In this document: piece by piece, positions 9,539 through 19,151 of the stretch
Position numbering within the stretch: the first letter of the stretch is position 1
Layout of the letters: each line of letters starts with the position of its first letter
Assembly (NCBI GenBank): GCA_963977015.1
Contig: CAXBMO010000004.1
Coordinates: 128,001-192,000, forward strand
Origin: an uncultured bacterium
Lineage (GTDB): Bacteria; Verrucomicrobiota; Verrucomicrobiia; Verrucomicrobiales; DEV007
Direction: 5' to 3'
Length of the DNA: 64,000 nt
The notes under the pieces: generated by a model
The model's input: only the letters and a program-made list of their open reading frames with translations
The model's database searches: none
What the model was told of the DNA's origin: nothing
Made by a program: the position numbers and the translations under genes

Positions 9539-10978
9539 CTACCGGGAACCCAGAGCAGCGCTGAGGATCTCGAGATTGCGGCAGAAGACGGCGCTATCGA
9601 TGTATAGCTCGCCCGGCTGGAACTTGGGCTGACCGACGAGAAGTTCGCCGCCGAAGGTGGAGATCCAGCGGCCTTGATCGTCCAGGGCGGCGAGGATTTC
9701 GGCGACAGTGGGATCGGGCTGCAACGGGGGCAGGATTTGGTCAATGTCAGGGAGTTTCCCGGTTTTGAGAAGACCTTGCCAGGCCGCTTCGATCGTCTGG
9801 ATGCGGGAAGGATTCTTCCAGCCGTAGTGACTGGGAAGACGGGAGTCGTCGTAGGTTAGGGAGTAGGCCTTGCCCTGGCGTTCCATGAAGAGCGGTTGAT
9901 TGGTTTGCACCTCGTAATATCTGGCCAGCATTCCGCCGTCCAATTCCGAGCGTTTGAGGTAGGCAATGGCTTTGGGAATGGGCTTGAGAAATTGTTGATC
10001 GCGAAGATAAGCCGCGATTTGCAGGAGGGTGACGATGACGCCTTCCGATTCCCGGCCGGCGACGGCTGGCGGCTCGAATTTTCGCGCCCAGATGGGCTGC
10101 ATCTCGTAGTTGTATTGCTGCGCCCAGCCGGATTGAGGCTCGGGCAATTGTGCCAGGATGAGAAACTTGCCCAAGCGTTTCAGCGCATCGGAATAACGAT
10201 CATGCTGATAGGCTTGATGGGCGACCATGAGCGTTTTGGCGACGGCGGGTGCCAGGCCGTCGTTGAGGGTGTATTGGCGCCAGTATTCCTTGATTCGTCC
10301 CTCCGTGCGCCAGTCGTAGTTGGGAAAATTGGCCCGCTTATCGACCGGCAATCCCGCGGGTTGCGGAGCGTCGTCCCAACCCTGGGGAAAGGCGCCGTTT
10401 GGAAACTGGGCTGCCAGCAAGGCGTCGAGCGCGATGGTAACGGATTCATGCACCTTCGCGTTCTTGAATCCGGTCGCGTGATCCAACTGGACCAGAAACT
10501 GGATCGCGGCTTGCGAGATATCGTCGTCGAGGGTTGAGAAGTTTCGCCCCTTGCCCTGGCCGTTTCGATACAGGCCAGCCCGGGGACTTTTCGGATCGAA
10601 GTCTACGAGATTCGTCCAGGCTCCGGACTTGAGTTGGCCATGGATCAGGGCATCTGCGGCCGCCAAAGCCGCCTCCAGATAATAGGGATCGCCGGTCGCC
10701 CGATGGGCCTTGAGATAGGCAAGGCCAACCGAGGGAGTTCCCGGAGGTTGCACCCAGATCTGGTTCTCGGTCGCGATCCCTTCGCCCGACCGTTTGGAGA
10801 AATCGGGAGCGGTATAGTAAACATAGCCGCCGTGGCGCGCGATCTTCTCCCCATAAAATACCGATGCCCGTTTCATGGCAGAGGCGATTTCCCGCGAATC
10901 GGGTTCGGCCTCCGCTCCTCCGGACAGGACAACGACAAAGACGGGAAGGAGGAAGCGGATCGGGAATGGATGGGGCAT
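9539..10978 (-). CDS. pectate lyase-like protein (PL10 / pectic acid lyase family)
   Basis: Signal peptide; STLDDD, AQFPNGAFPQ, TLND, GWAQQY, WARKFEPP, ARYYE motifs. Confidence 0.85.
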   Translation of the reverse strand: MPHPFPIRFLLPVFVVVLSGGAEAEPDSREIASAMKRASVFYGEKIARHGGYVYYTAPDFSKRSGEGIATENQIWVQPPGTPSVGLAYLKAHRATGDPYYLEAALAAADALIHGQLKSGAWTNLVDFDPKSPRAGLYRNGQGKGRNFSTLDDDISQAAIQFLVQLDHATGFKNAKVHESVTIALDALLAAQFPNGAFPQGWDDAPQPAGLPVDKRANFPNYDWRTEGRIKEYWRQYTLNDGLAPAVAKTLMVAHQAYQHDRYSDALKRLGKFLILAQLPEPQSGWAQQYNYEMQPIWARKFEPPAVAGRESEGVIVTLLQIAAYLRDQQFLKPIPKAIAYLKRSELDGGMLARYYEVQTNQPLFMERQGKAYSLTYDDSRLPSHYGWKNPSRIQTIEAAWQGLLKTGKLPDIDQILPPLQPDPTVAEILAALDDQGRWISTFGGELLVGQPKFQPGELYIDSAVFCRNLEILSAALGSR

Positions 10979-11039
10979 GAGAAGCGGGGGTTTGGTCACC
11001 AAACTACCCTGCTCTGCCCCGGAATTGGAACCAAAATCG

Positions 11040-12506
11040 CTACTTCCCTTCCGCCAGCCACTGTTTCTGCTGGCGAATGTTCTTTCGGATCTCGGCGAGC
11101 CGCTCCGGACGTCGCGCCTTCAGTCCTTTCAGGTATTCAGCCATGTCGCTGTTGTAGGCCTTGGGATCTTCCGGCGTCTGCCCGGCGTCCTGAGTCTCGA
11201 CGATCCAGTTCTCAAGCAAGAGACGATGTTTCCGAAGTTCGCCACGAAGTTTTGGATCTTTGGCGAGGTTGTTGGTTTCCCACGGATCGGCTTCCAAATC
11301 GTAGAATTCTTCCATCGGACGCGTTTCCGCCACCAGGCGCGATTGAAGCTCGTTCAGCTTCCCTTCCGCCCCCAATTCCCGAATCCTCGCGATGATTGGT
11401 TTGTTATCCTTATAGGCATTGGGCTGAAGGTGAGGACGCTCCGGATGAAAGTTGCGAATGTATTTATACTTCGCGGTCCGAACCGAGCGGATCCGGTCCA
11501 TTGTTTCATCACAACGATCCCGCGCCGAAACCACGAAGTCCCGGGGATTGGCGTTGTCTCCAAACAAGGGGCGGCCTTCCATCGACTCAGGAATCTCGAC
11601 CCCGGCAAAATCCAGCGACGTCGCCGAGAGATCGATATGAGCGACGAGGTCGGTTCGCCGCGTGCCGGGCTCAACCGCTCCGGGCGCGCGAATGATCAGG
11701 GGCACCTTGATTCCTTCTTCATACATGAACTGCTTGCCGCGAGCGTGGCTGATTCCGTGATCCGTGAGAAAGACGACCACGGTATTGTCCGCAACGTTCT
11801 CCGCTTCCAGTTTGGCCAAAATTTTGCCGACTTCGTGATCCACCAACAAGACACTGGCGAGGTAGTCCGCCCAGTCTTCCCGAAGCACCGCATCGTCTGG
11901 ATAGTAGGGCGGGAGCTTGACTTGATCCGCAGTGGGGAGTTGATCCGCGGGCAGAAGTTCATTGCTTCGGACGGCCCGGTTCTTCCCTCCCGCAAGTTGA
12001 TACTGGGCAAAGAACGGCTGGCCCTCTTCGCGCTGGGTCCAGTCATTCCCGTCGTAAAGATCATCCGCCGTTTCGAAGTTGTAATCGGTCTTTCCGATGG
12101 CATCCGGCTTCTTGGGATTCACCTTCGCTCCGGAGTTGGTGACATAGTATCCAGCATCCTTGAGCAAGTCGGGAATCGTGGAGATATGTTCGGGAAGATG
12201 AATGCGTATCTCGCCCCGGCCGCTGCGATGCTGATGGGCGCCAATGGTGGTTTGATACATCCCGGTGATCATCGCGGATCTACTTGGTGAACATACCGGG
12301 CAGGTTACGAACGCGTTCTCAAAGAGCGCCCCTTCCGACGCCAGCTTGTCGACATTCGGCGTTTGGATCGTCGTCTCGCCGTAGCAACTGAAATGGTCGG
12401 ACATGTCCTCCACCACAATCCAGACGATGTTGGGTTGATCAGAGAGTGCGAACAGTGGCGCATTGCCCAACAGCAAAGCGGTTAGAATATGAAGAAGGGG
12501 TTTCAT
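11040..12506 (-). CDS. sulfatase (formylglycine-dependent)
   Basis: PNIVWIVVEDM; CSPSRS (CxPxR); TDHG; EFYDLEADPWE. Confidence 0.95.
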   Translation of the reverse strand: MKPLLHILTALLLGNAPLFALSDQPNIVWIVVEDMSDHFSCYGETTIQTPNVDKLASEGALFENAFVTCPVCSPSRSAMITGMYQTTIGAHQHRSGRGEIRIHLPEHISTIPDLLKDAGYYVTNSGAKVNPKKPDAIGKTDYNFETADDLYDGNDWTQREEGQPFFAQYQLAGGKNRAVRSNELLPADQLPTADQVKLPPYYPDDAVLREDWADYLASVLLVDHEVGKILAKLEAENVADNTVVVFLTDHGISHARGKQFMYEEGIKVPLIIRAPGAVEPGTRRTDLVAHIDLSATSLDFAGVEIPESMEGRPLFGDNANPRDFVVSARDRCDETMDRIRSVRTAKYKYIRNFHPERPHLQPNAYKDNKPIIARIRELGAEGKLNELQSRLVAETRPMEEFYDLEADPWETNNLAKDPKLRGELRKHRLLLENWIVETQDAGQTPEDPKAYNSDMAEYLKGLKARRPERLAEIRKNIRQQKQWLAEGK

Positions 12507-12568
12507 AATGGTGACGGGTTTGGTGGCACTGAAGCCGGAGACGGGAAAATCGCAAGCGGGAGAGAAAC

Positions 12569-14569
12569 CTATCCCTTGGCGCGCTCGGCAGCGGCACGAG
12601 CTGCGCTCGCATCCGCCTTGGCCTGCTCCAGTGCCTGCTCGGAATCCTTCAGGGCCGTCAACGCCACCAGGGTGGTATCGACTCGAGACACATTGAGTGG
12701 CTTCTTCGTCGCCTTGGCCGCCTTCTCCGCAGCCTCCGCCACCAGTTTCGAGGCCGCCTTGACCTTTGCCGCGGCGATTTGGGCTTCGTCCAGCGCCGCC
12801 TTTGCTTCATCAACCTTCGTCGTCGCCGCCGTCACTTCGTTTTCCAGCGGGGGAACCGTGTCAGCCGTTTGCGTTCCCGCAGCCACCGCTGCTTTCGCGC
12901 TGGCCACCTTCGCTATGGCGGTTTTCACCTTCGCTTCCGCCGCACTAACCGCTTTCTTCGCTTCCGCGATGGCTCCATCGGCATTGGCAACCTGAAGAGC
13001 GACCTGGCCGATCAGACGTTTCGTCTCCCGAACCGCGCGGCGTTCCGCAATGATATCCCGCCAATCGTGCACCTGGTAGCCATCTCCCAATCCGCCAAGC
13101 CCATCGATCAGGGACTCACACTTTTCCTTCCACTTCAGCAAGTCCGGGGGACCTTTCGTCTCATCTTTGGAACCGGGAAAGACAACATAGGTAACCTTCA
13201 AATCACTGACCGGCCGATTGTAGGGACTGGCTTTGGGGTTGATGGTTTGGGCAACGAACAGGCTGGCTTCGCCCATCTTCCATGATGGCCCCGCATCACC
13301 ACACAGCACGGGATAAACTTTGGAACCATAGACCACCGCAGCGTAATCGCCGATTTCCGGGGCATGGGAAACCTTCCCAACCTGACGAAGCAAGGAGAGC
13401 GGCAACACGATGAAGGGATCCGCTTCCGCGATGAGAAAGCTGCGAAACTTCAGGTCAGAGATGATGCGCTTCAACTCATCGCGACGATTGACGAGGTAGC
13501 GGTTTCGGGACGCCGACAAGCCGGGAATCTTATACTCTTCAGTCACATCCTTGAGCTCCTTCTCCAACCGGGGAATCAACGGATTGAGCGTGCTTCCCGT
13601 CTTGGCCCAACCGTAGCTCGTCGTCGGTTGATAGTAGTTGGAAAGCGAAATGTAGTCGTCGATTGTCGGCATGCGATCGCCATCGGAACCGTCGGCCACC
13701 ACATCCATTTCACCCTGCATCAACAAGGCTTTCTGGCCTGTGTCCGGATGGGTTAACTGAAGAATGGTCTCGCAATCAAAGTAGTTGTGACGCGTTTCCA
13801 GCTTCTCCAACCGCGTCATGTAGGTTTTGATGCGGTCGTTCTTCAGGCTGTAAAGCTTATCATAAAATGGAGAGACCTTGGAGGTTTCGACCAGCGTGTC
13901 CAAACTGGGAAGAATGGTGGGCAGCAGAGGATTGAGCGCAGCGAGTTCGGCCACACTTTGATTCGCCTTGGGAACATTGATCTTAAGCTTGATCTCGAAT
14001 TGATAGGCATCGTCCGAAATCCGTTCCTTGGTTGCCGTATCGCCCTTCTGGAGGTCGAGCGTGGTTTTGACGCCAACGCCATTGAACAGCTTCGCAACGT
14101 CATACTCCTGCCGTGGAAGCAATTTGGGCGCCGGCGGAATGTCTGCCGGTGGTTCCTCCACGGTTTCTTCGGGCGTCTCGACTTCGGCCGGTTCGTCTTC
14201 CCCGATCGGTTGAGCGACCAACGGGGCCCGCTCTGCCGCGGCTTTGGCAGAGGCCAATTCCTGTTCCAGCTTGGCAATTTTCGCCTTGGCCTCCTCCAAT
14301 TGCTTGGTATCGACGACTTTTTCGCCATCCGAGCGGAGCGTTTTTTGGACCTCACGCTTTAGCCGGGAACCCGTGTCCGTAAAATAAACCAAAAAGGGAA
14401 TGGATATGAGGCACAGCAAAATTACCAGAAGAATGAGATTCCCCAGCGCATTGGAAAATGCCGATGGTTTCGGTTCGGGAGGTCCCGAGGGCGGCTCCGA
14501 TTCTTCCGCCGCATGAACCTGCGCAGCGATCGGATTTTCTGGGGGTTCGTTGGATTTTTTCTCAGCCAT
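12569..14569 (-). CDS. membrane-anchored glycoside hydrolase family 75 (chitosanase-like) protein with coiled-coil tail
   Basis: TM helix; MDVVADG, FIVLP, GDYAAVV...CGDAGP, MGEAS motifs; Ala/Lys-rich C-terminal coiled coil. Confidence 0.78.
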   Translation of the reverse strand: MAEKKSNEPPENPIAAQVHAAEESEPPSGPPEPKPSAFSNALGNLILLVILLCLISIPFLVYFTDTGSRLKREVQKTLRSDGEKVVDTKQLEEAKAKIAKLEQELASAKAAAERAPLVAQPIGEDEPAEVETPEETVEEPPADIPPAPKLLPRQEYDVAKLFNGVGVKTTLDLQKGDTATKERISDDAYQFEIKLKINVPKANQSVAELAALNPLLPTILPSLDTLVETSKVSPFYDKLYSLKNDRIKTYMTRLEKLETRHNYFDCETILQLTHPDTGQKALLMQGEMDVVADGSDGDRMPTIDDYISLSNYYQPTTSYGWAKTGSTLNPLIPRLEKELKDVTEEYKIPGLSASRNRYLVNRRDELKRIISDLKFRSFLIAEADPFIVLPLSLLRQVGKVSHAPEIGDYAAVVYGSKVYPVLCGDAGPSWKMGEASLFVAQTINPKASPYNRPVSDLKVTYVVFPGSKDETKGPPDLLKWKEKCESLIDGLGGLGDGYQVHDWRDIIAERRAVRETKRLIGQVALQVANADGAIAEAKKAVSAAEAKVKTAIAKVASAKAAVAAGTQTADTVPPLENEVTAATTKVDEAKAALDEAQIAAAKVKAASKLVAEAAEKAAKATKKPLNVSRVDTTLVALTALKDSEQALEQAKADASAARAAAERAKG

Positions 14570-14644
14570 GAATCAAAATGGTGGGCAAGATAGGATAAAT
14601 CGCGTCCACTTTGGACGTTGGCAACCTCTCAATTGTTTCACCCA

Positions 14645-15004
14645 ATGACGATTCAGCAACTTCGAGACCAGGAACCGTTTACGACGAAAGACGGATCCAC
14701 CATCCGCAGCATCCTCGATCTCACCAATGCGCCGGTGCAAAACCAAAGCTTGGCCGAAGCCACGCTGCCCGATGGCGCCGCGACCGATCGGCACTTTCAC
14801 AAGGTCTCCGAGGAGCTGTATTTCATTCAGGAAGGCACCGGAACCATGGAGATCGATGGCAATACCCGGACCGTCAGCCCCGGAGATGCCATTTTGATCC
14901 CTCCGGGGGCATGGCACCAGATTCGGGCGACCGAGGCGCTCCGTTTTCTGTGTTGCTGCGCTCCTCCTTATTCGCATGACGACACGTATTTCTCGGAGGA
15001 TTGA
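14645..15004 (+). CDS. cupin domain protein
   Basis: HFHKVSEELYFI...G and PPGAWHQI cupin motifs. Confidence 0.9.
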   Translation: MTIQQLRDQEPFTTKDGSTIRSILDLTNAPVQNQSLAEATLPDGAATDRHFHKVSEELYFIQEGTGTMEIDGNTRTVSPGDAILIPPGAWHQIRATEALRFLCCCAPPYSHDDTYFSED

Positions 15005-15025
15005 TGGATTTTGAAAGCGGCCTGA

Positions 15026-18000
15026 TCAGGATCCCAGCGTGAACGAGGAAGCCGTAGTTTCCGGCGCTTCCGGCACCGCGCTGCGTTTCGCCATCCCGGT
15101 CACTTCGCCAAATCGATCGCCAAATTCTCCCGAGGTCATGGTGAGAATCCGCGAGCGATTGTTCTTCTTCACCACTTGGATGTAGTAGTCGACAAACGGC
15201 TCGGTCACTTTTGCCTTGGCGTCGAATGGAGCGACGATGAGCAGCTGCAGGCCAAATTTCTCGAACAGGCGCAACGCGTATTCAGCATAGCGGTCGTCAA
15301 TCTTGGAGAACATCTCATCCACCACCACGAAGTGGAATTTGTCGCTCTGGGGAGCTTCCGGATCGATGTCGAACTGGTAAACGACGGCCGCGACCAAAAT
15401 GGTGAACGCCAATTTGGCCTTTTCACCACCGGACTGCCCCATGCTGTCGGAATAGTAACCGCGCTCTTCGCCGGTGGAACGAACTGTCTCCTGCGCGCCG
15501 AAATCGAACCAACGCCGGACGTCGGTCACTTTCTCTCGCCAACGCGAATCCTCGCGCAGGCGATTGATCAATCCCTCGATTCGGGCAAAGCGCGCTTCAT
15601 CAGCCTCGGTGTTCCCTTCAAACGCATCCGCGAGACACTCGCGCATCAACCGCTGAAACTCGGCGATCTCCGCATCACGAACCGGCTTCGGCTCCAGCTG
15701 CATGTAGGTGCCGTCGTGGGAATCGTAATCAATCGTCTCCAGGCAACGGTTCAACGTCTCGATCCGGGTCAGGATTTCCTCGCGTTCGTTATCCAACTGA
15801 TTGTTCAGAATCCCGATCTCCGTCGTCACCTTCTCATTGAGCCGCTCTTTGAAACTGCCTTCGTGCTTTGGCAGGTCTTCCTGCTCCAGACGAACGTGAA
15901 GATTGAGGAAATCGTCGAGATAGGAGGGATCATCGCGCAGTTCGTGCTCGAACTGGCGGAACTTCCGCAGGAACCGGCTCATCGATTGCAGCAACGACTT
16001 CTCCACCGGAGCGAGCTTGCTTCGAATCGAATCAATCGCCTGACGCAGATCCGCCGTGTAATGGTTCTCTTGTTCGGCCAACGTCTCGGCATTCAAGATG
16101 ACTCCCGCGCCCAACAGATCATCCTCAATGCTCGGAAACAGCGCTTTCTGAGCTTCGAAACCGCCTTCCTCGCTCATCGATTGGATCTGGCGCTGGCTCG
16201 ACTCGAGAAGACTCGTTGCCTGCGAAATCTCACGCTCCAAAACACCGAGACGCTTGATGAGATGGCTTTCCCGTCCCTTCAACTCGTGCTTTTGCGCCGT
16301 TGCCGCGCCGAGCTGACTCGTTACCGCGCTGACCGCCTCGTTCGAGGTCTCCAGCATTTCCTTTTCGCGTCGCAGCTCCGCCAGTTCGCGATCCACGGCT
16401 TCGTGATCGATCTCCGCAAAAACGCGAACCTCCTGAGCCCGCCGGATGGCTTCCTCGCGTCCCCTCAACTCGGTGACCTGATCTCCATGCTGAGCCATCT
16501 CCACCAACAGGCGTTGCAGATCCTCTTCCGCGATCGCCAAATCCTTGCGCAAGACCTGGAGCTTCGCCTCATTGTTCCAGCCTAATATATAGTGACGGGG
16601 ATTCGTGACCAACTCGCGTTCATCCTTCTCGAACCAGCCGCGCCCCAGATTCACATGCCGGTCGGCAGTCAACGCCATCGTCCGGACTTCGCGAAACTCC
16701 TCAAACGACTCACAGCATTTGAAATTGTATCGCGCAATCAACTCCGCTTTGATCCATTCGATCCAGGGATGTCCCTCTTTGAAATCCAGTTTGTTGATCA
16801 GCTGCGACGCATCGTTTGCATCGATCGTCGGGACGTTATCCGGAAGCACCTCGCCAACCCTCAGATAGGACACCTTCATGGCATCGGTCTGGTTCTCGGG
16901 AGTAAGCTGGTCCACGAACGTGCTCACTTCACGGAAACGATCCGCAGGGACGAGCAGACTAAGACCAAACTCGCGCAACGCCGATTCGGCTGAACCGGTC
17001 CATGCCGTCGCGCTCTCTTTCACCGCAATCAATTCAGCGGCGAACGGCAGTTCCGAAGGACTCATCCCGAGGCCCTCACAGATCACTTTGCGGATCTGCT
17101 GATGACGATCCGGAAGGTTCGAGCCCTGCTCCTGAAGCGTCCGGATCTCAAGTTCCATTCCGTCGCGGCGAGCTTCAAGCTTGTGAGCCCGAATCGCGCT
17201 ATTCAGCTTCCCTTCTTCGAGGGTCTGCAACTCTTGTTCCGTCGAAAGACGCAACGCGGAAAGAGACTCGTGGGCGGATTGAAACGTCGCCTCATCACCC
17301 ACATGCCCGGCCAAGCCAGCCTTCTGGAGCGCTTTCCGATAACGGTCCGCCCGTTCACGCCTCCGCTTGGAGTCGTCCTGCTTTTGCTCCAGCAAAAAGG
17401 GCAGGGATCGCAAACGCTCTCCGCCCGCGTTTTCCACATCATTCTGCAAGCGGCGAATCTGCTGCTCGTTGTCGTCCAATCGACGATTCAACAACTCCAG
17501 CTCAGCCGAAATCCCCTCCCCTTCGACGAGGCGATCCTCACGAACCCGCGTGAAGAGATCGACCGTCTTGACTCGGAAATACGCATCACAGGCTTTCTCC
17601 GTTTGTTCCCGCTTCTGCAGCTCTTCCTGAAGTCGATTGTATTCAGCTCCGGTCTGGGCAATCGGCTGAAGCGCAATCGACTGCTCCCTCGCATCGACCA
17701 ACATCCGGTGCGCGTCAGAGAGCTGCTGGAAGTGATTGAGAATATCATCAATCCGCTCCTTCCAGTTCTGCCCCTCCAACATATGCCCGCGAATGAACTC
17801 CGTGAGACTTCGAATATCTTTAACCGCGACCGTCTGGTTGAAGACGTCCATCGCTTTGGGACGCATGTTCGCCTCGTTGATGAGCCACTTGTGATACTGG
17901 GCAAACGTCTTCGTGGTCTTGATGTCACGAGCTTCCAGTTTCTTGGCGATCTGGTCGATTGACTTAATCTCGCCAAAATCCTCTGCGATGTCTTTCTCTC

Positions 18001-18469
18001 CTTTCGCGAAGCAAAAAACCTTTTCGACTTTTCCGTCCGCGCCGCAATACAGCACCTGGGCGACCGTGAATCCCTTGTTGGTGTCGGCATTGAAAAAGTA
18101 TCCCAGAAGAATACTGAGATGGCGCCCTTCCTTGCGAAGATACAACGTAGAGGCCTTGTTCTCCGCATCTGAGCTGGCGTGTCCATACGCGCCCATCAGA
18201 TAAGAACGTTCATCCCGCTCGCGCTTCTTCCCGCTCGAACCCGCCGCTACATTGTAGTTCCGGATTCCCGGCCGGACCAACAACGTCAGGATACTATCCA
18301 CCATCGTGGATTTCCCGCTTCCATTCTGACCAATGAGCAGTGACGTCCTGCCATTGGGACGAACGGTATGAATCTGGCCTTTTGAGGAATCAATCGTTCC
18401 CCAGTTCATGATCTGCACTTTATACAGACGATACCCGGGAAGTCCCACCGAAACGAAATTGTCTTCCAT
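15026..18469 (-). CDS. jetC: SMC-like ATPase, Wadjet JetC/MksB
   Basis: NWGT start, Walker A GQNGSGKST, YNVAAG, long coiled coils, signature QSGGEKAK, Walker B VVVDEMFSK. Confidence 0.9.
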   Translation of the reverse strand: MEDNFVSVGLPGYRLYKVQIMNWGTIDSSKGQIHTVRPNGRTSLLIGQNGSGKSTMVDSILTLLVRPGIRNYNVAAGSSGKKRERDERSYLMGAYGHASSDAENKASTLYLRKEGRHLSILLGYFFNADTNKGFTVAQVLYCGADGKVEKVFCFAKGEKDIAEDFGEIKSIDQIAKKLEARDIKTTKTFAQYHKWLINEANMRPKAMDVFNQTVAVKDIRSLTEFIRGHMLEGQNWKERIDDILNHFQQLSDAHRMLVDAREQSIALQPIAQTGAEYNRLQEELQKREQTEKACDAYFRVKTVDLFTRVREDRLVEGEGISAELELLNRRLDDNEQQIRRLQNDVENAGGERLRSLPFLLEQKQDDSKRRRERADRYRKALQKAGLAGHVGDEATFQSAHESLSALRLSTEQELQTLEEGKLNSAIRAHKLEARRDGMELEIRTLQEQGSNLPDRHQQIRKVICEGLGMSPSELPFAAELIAVKESATAWTGSAESALREFGLSLLVPADRFREVSTFVDQLTPENQTDAMKVSYLRVGEVLPDNVPTIDANDASQLINKLDFKEGHPWIEWIKAELIARYNFKCCESFEEFREVRTMALTADRHVNLGRGWFEKDERELVTNPRHYILGWNNEAKLQVLRKDLAIAEEDLQRLLVEMAQHGDQVTELRGREEAIRRAQEVRVFAEIDHEAVDRELAELRREKEMLETSNEAVSAVTSQLGAATAQKHELKGRESHLIKRLGVLEREISQATSLLESSQRQIQSMSEEGGFEAQKALFPSIEDDLLGAGVILNAETLAEQENHYTADLRQAIDSIRSKLAPVEKSLLQSMSRFLRKFRQFEHELRDDPSYLDDFLNLHVRLEQEDLPKHEGSFKERLNEKVTTEIGILNNQLDNEREEILTRIETLNRCLETIDYDSHDGTYMQLEPKPVRDAEIAEFQRLMRECLADAFEGNTEADEARFARIEGLINRLREDSRWREKVTDVRRWFDFGAQETVRSTGEERGYYSDSMGQSGGEKAKLAFTILVAAVVYQFDIDPEAPQSDKFHFVVVDEMFSKIDDRYAEYALRLFEKFGLQLLIVAPFDAKAKVTEPFVDYYIQVVKKNNRSRILTMTSGEFGDRFGEVTGMAKRSAVPEAPETTASSFTLGS

Positions 18470-18474
18470 GATTT

Positions 18475-19083
18475 CTAGCTTGGTAATTGGTTTTGAGCGG
18501 CAATCGTCTCCGCGTGGATTTGAAATTGCTGTTTCAATTCATCCAATCGTTCGGCGGTGATTCGCGCTTTGATGATTGGTCGAATCTCGTAGGCAACAGG
18601 CTGGGTATTGAGCTTGCGAAGAAACCCGAGTTCCTGCGCCCGCACCATCAACTGATCAAATTTTCGCCGAACCCGAACTTCATCTTCCGTATCGGGAAGC
18701 AACTCCATCATCCGGGTTTGCAACTCTGACGTATCCACCACGCAACGCTCGGAATCGACGTTCTGCTCTTCGAAACGCCGGAGTTCATCGCGCAACATCA
18801 CGCTGAATAAGGTGACGTCGTATCCCAAACGGCTTCTTCGAATCAACTTCGGCATCCCATCATACCCGTCGGGCAATTCCTCTTCCTCAATTTGCCGCAG
18901 ATAAGCAAACCCTTCGGGTTCATCGACGACCATGATCAGTCCGACCCGGCCAAAATAAGTCTCCAGCCTCGATCGATTGGTCATGAGTAAATCCCAGGTT
19001 TTGGAATCATCCGCATAGACCGCTCCTTGGAGGAGACGAATCGCGGGAACACTGGACTCGTGAAATTCAGGAAGGTGAGCCAT
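18475..19083 (-). CDS. jetB: JetB/MksE (DUF4194) kite subunit
   Basis: LLQGAVY...W..L; VDEPEGFAYLRQ; PKLIRRSRL; YEIRPIIKA; located between jetA and jetC. Confidence 0.88.
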   Translation of the reverse strand: MAHLPEFHESSVPAIRLLQGAVYADDSKTWDLLMTNRSRLETYFGRVGLIMVVDEPEGFAYLRQIEEEELPDGYDGMPKLIRRSRLGYDVTLFSVMLRDELRRFEEQNVDSERCVVDTSELQTRMMELLPDTEDEVRVRRKFDQLMVRAQELGFLRKLNTQPVAYEIRPIIKARITAERLDELKQQFQIHAETIAAQNQLPS

Positions 19084-19151
19084 AGAAAATGGGTTGAGTA
19101 AGTTTGGGTTTTGAAATGGTTAAAGGTCTAACGTCGCCAACACAGCAGAAT

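Noticed and set aside
9346-9744. N-terminal extension of the RAYT ORF
   Set aside because: Runs through the REPs and the pectate lyase 3' end; not protein-like
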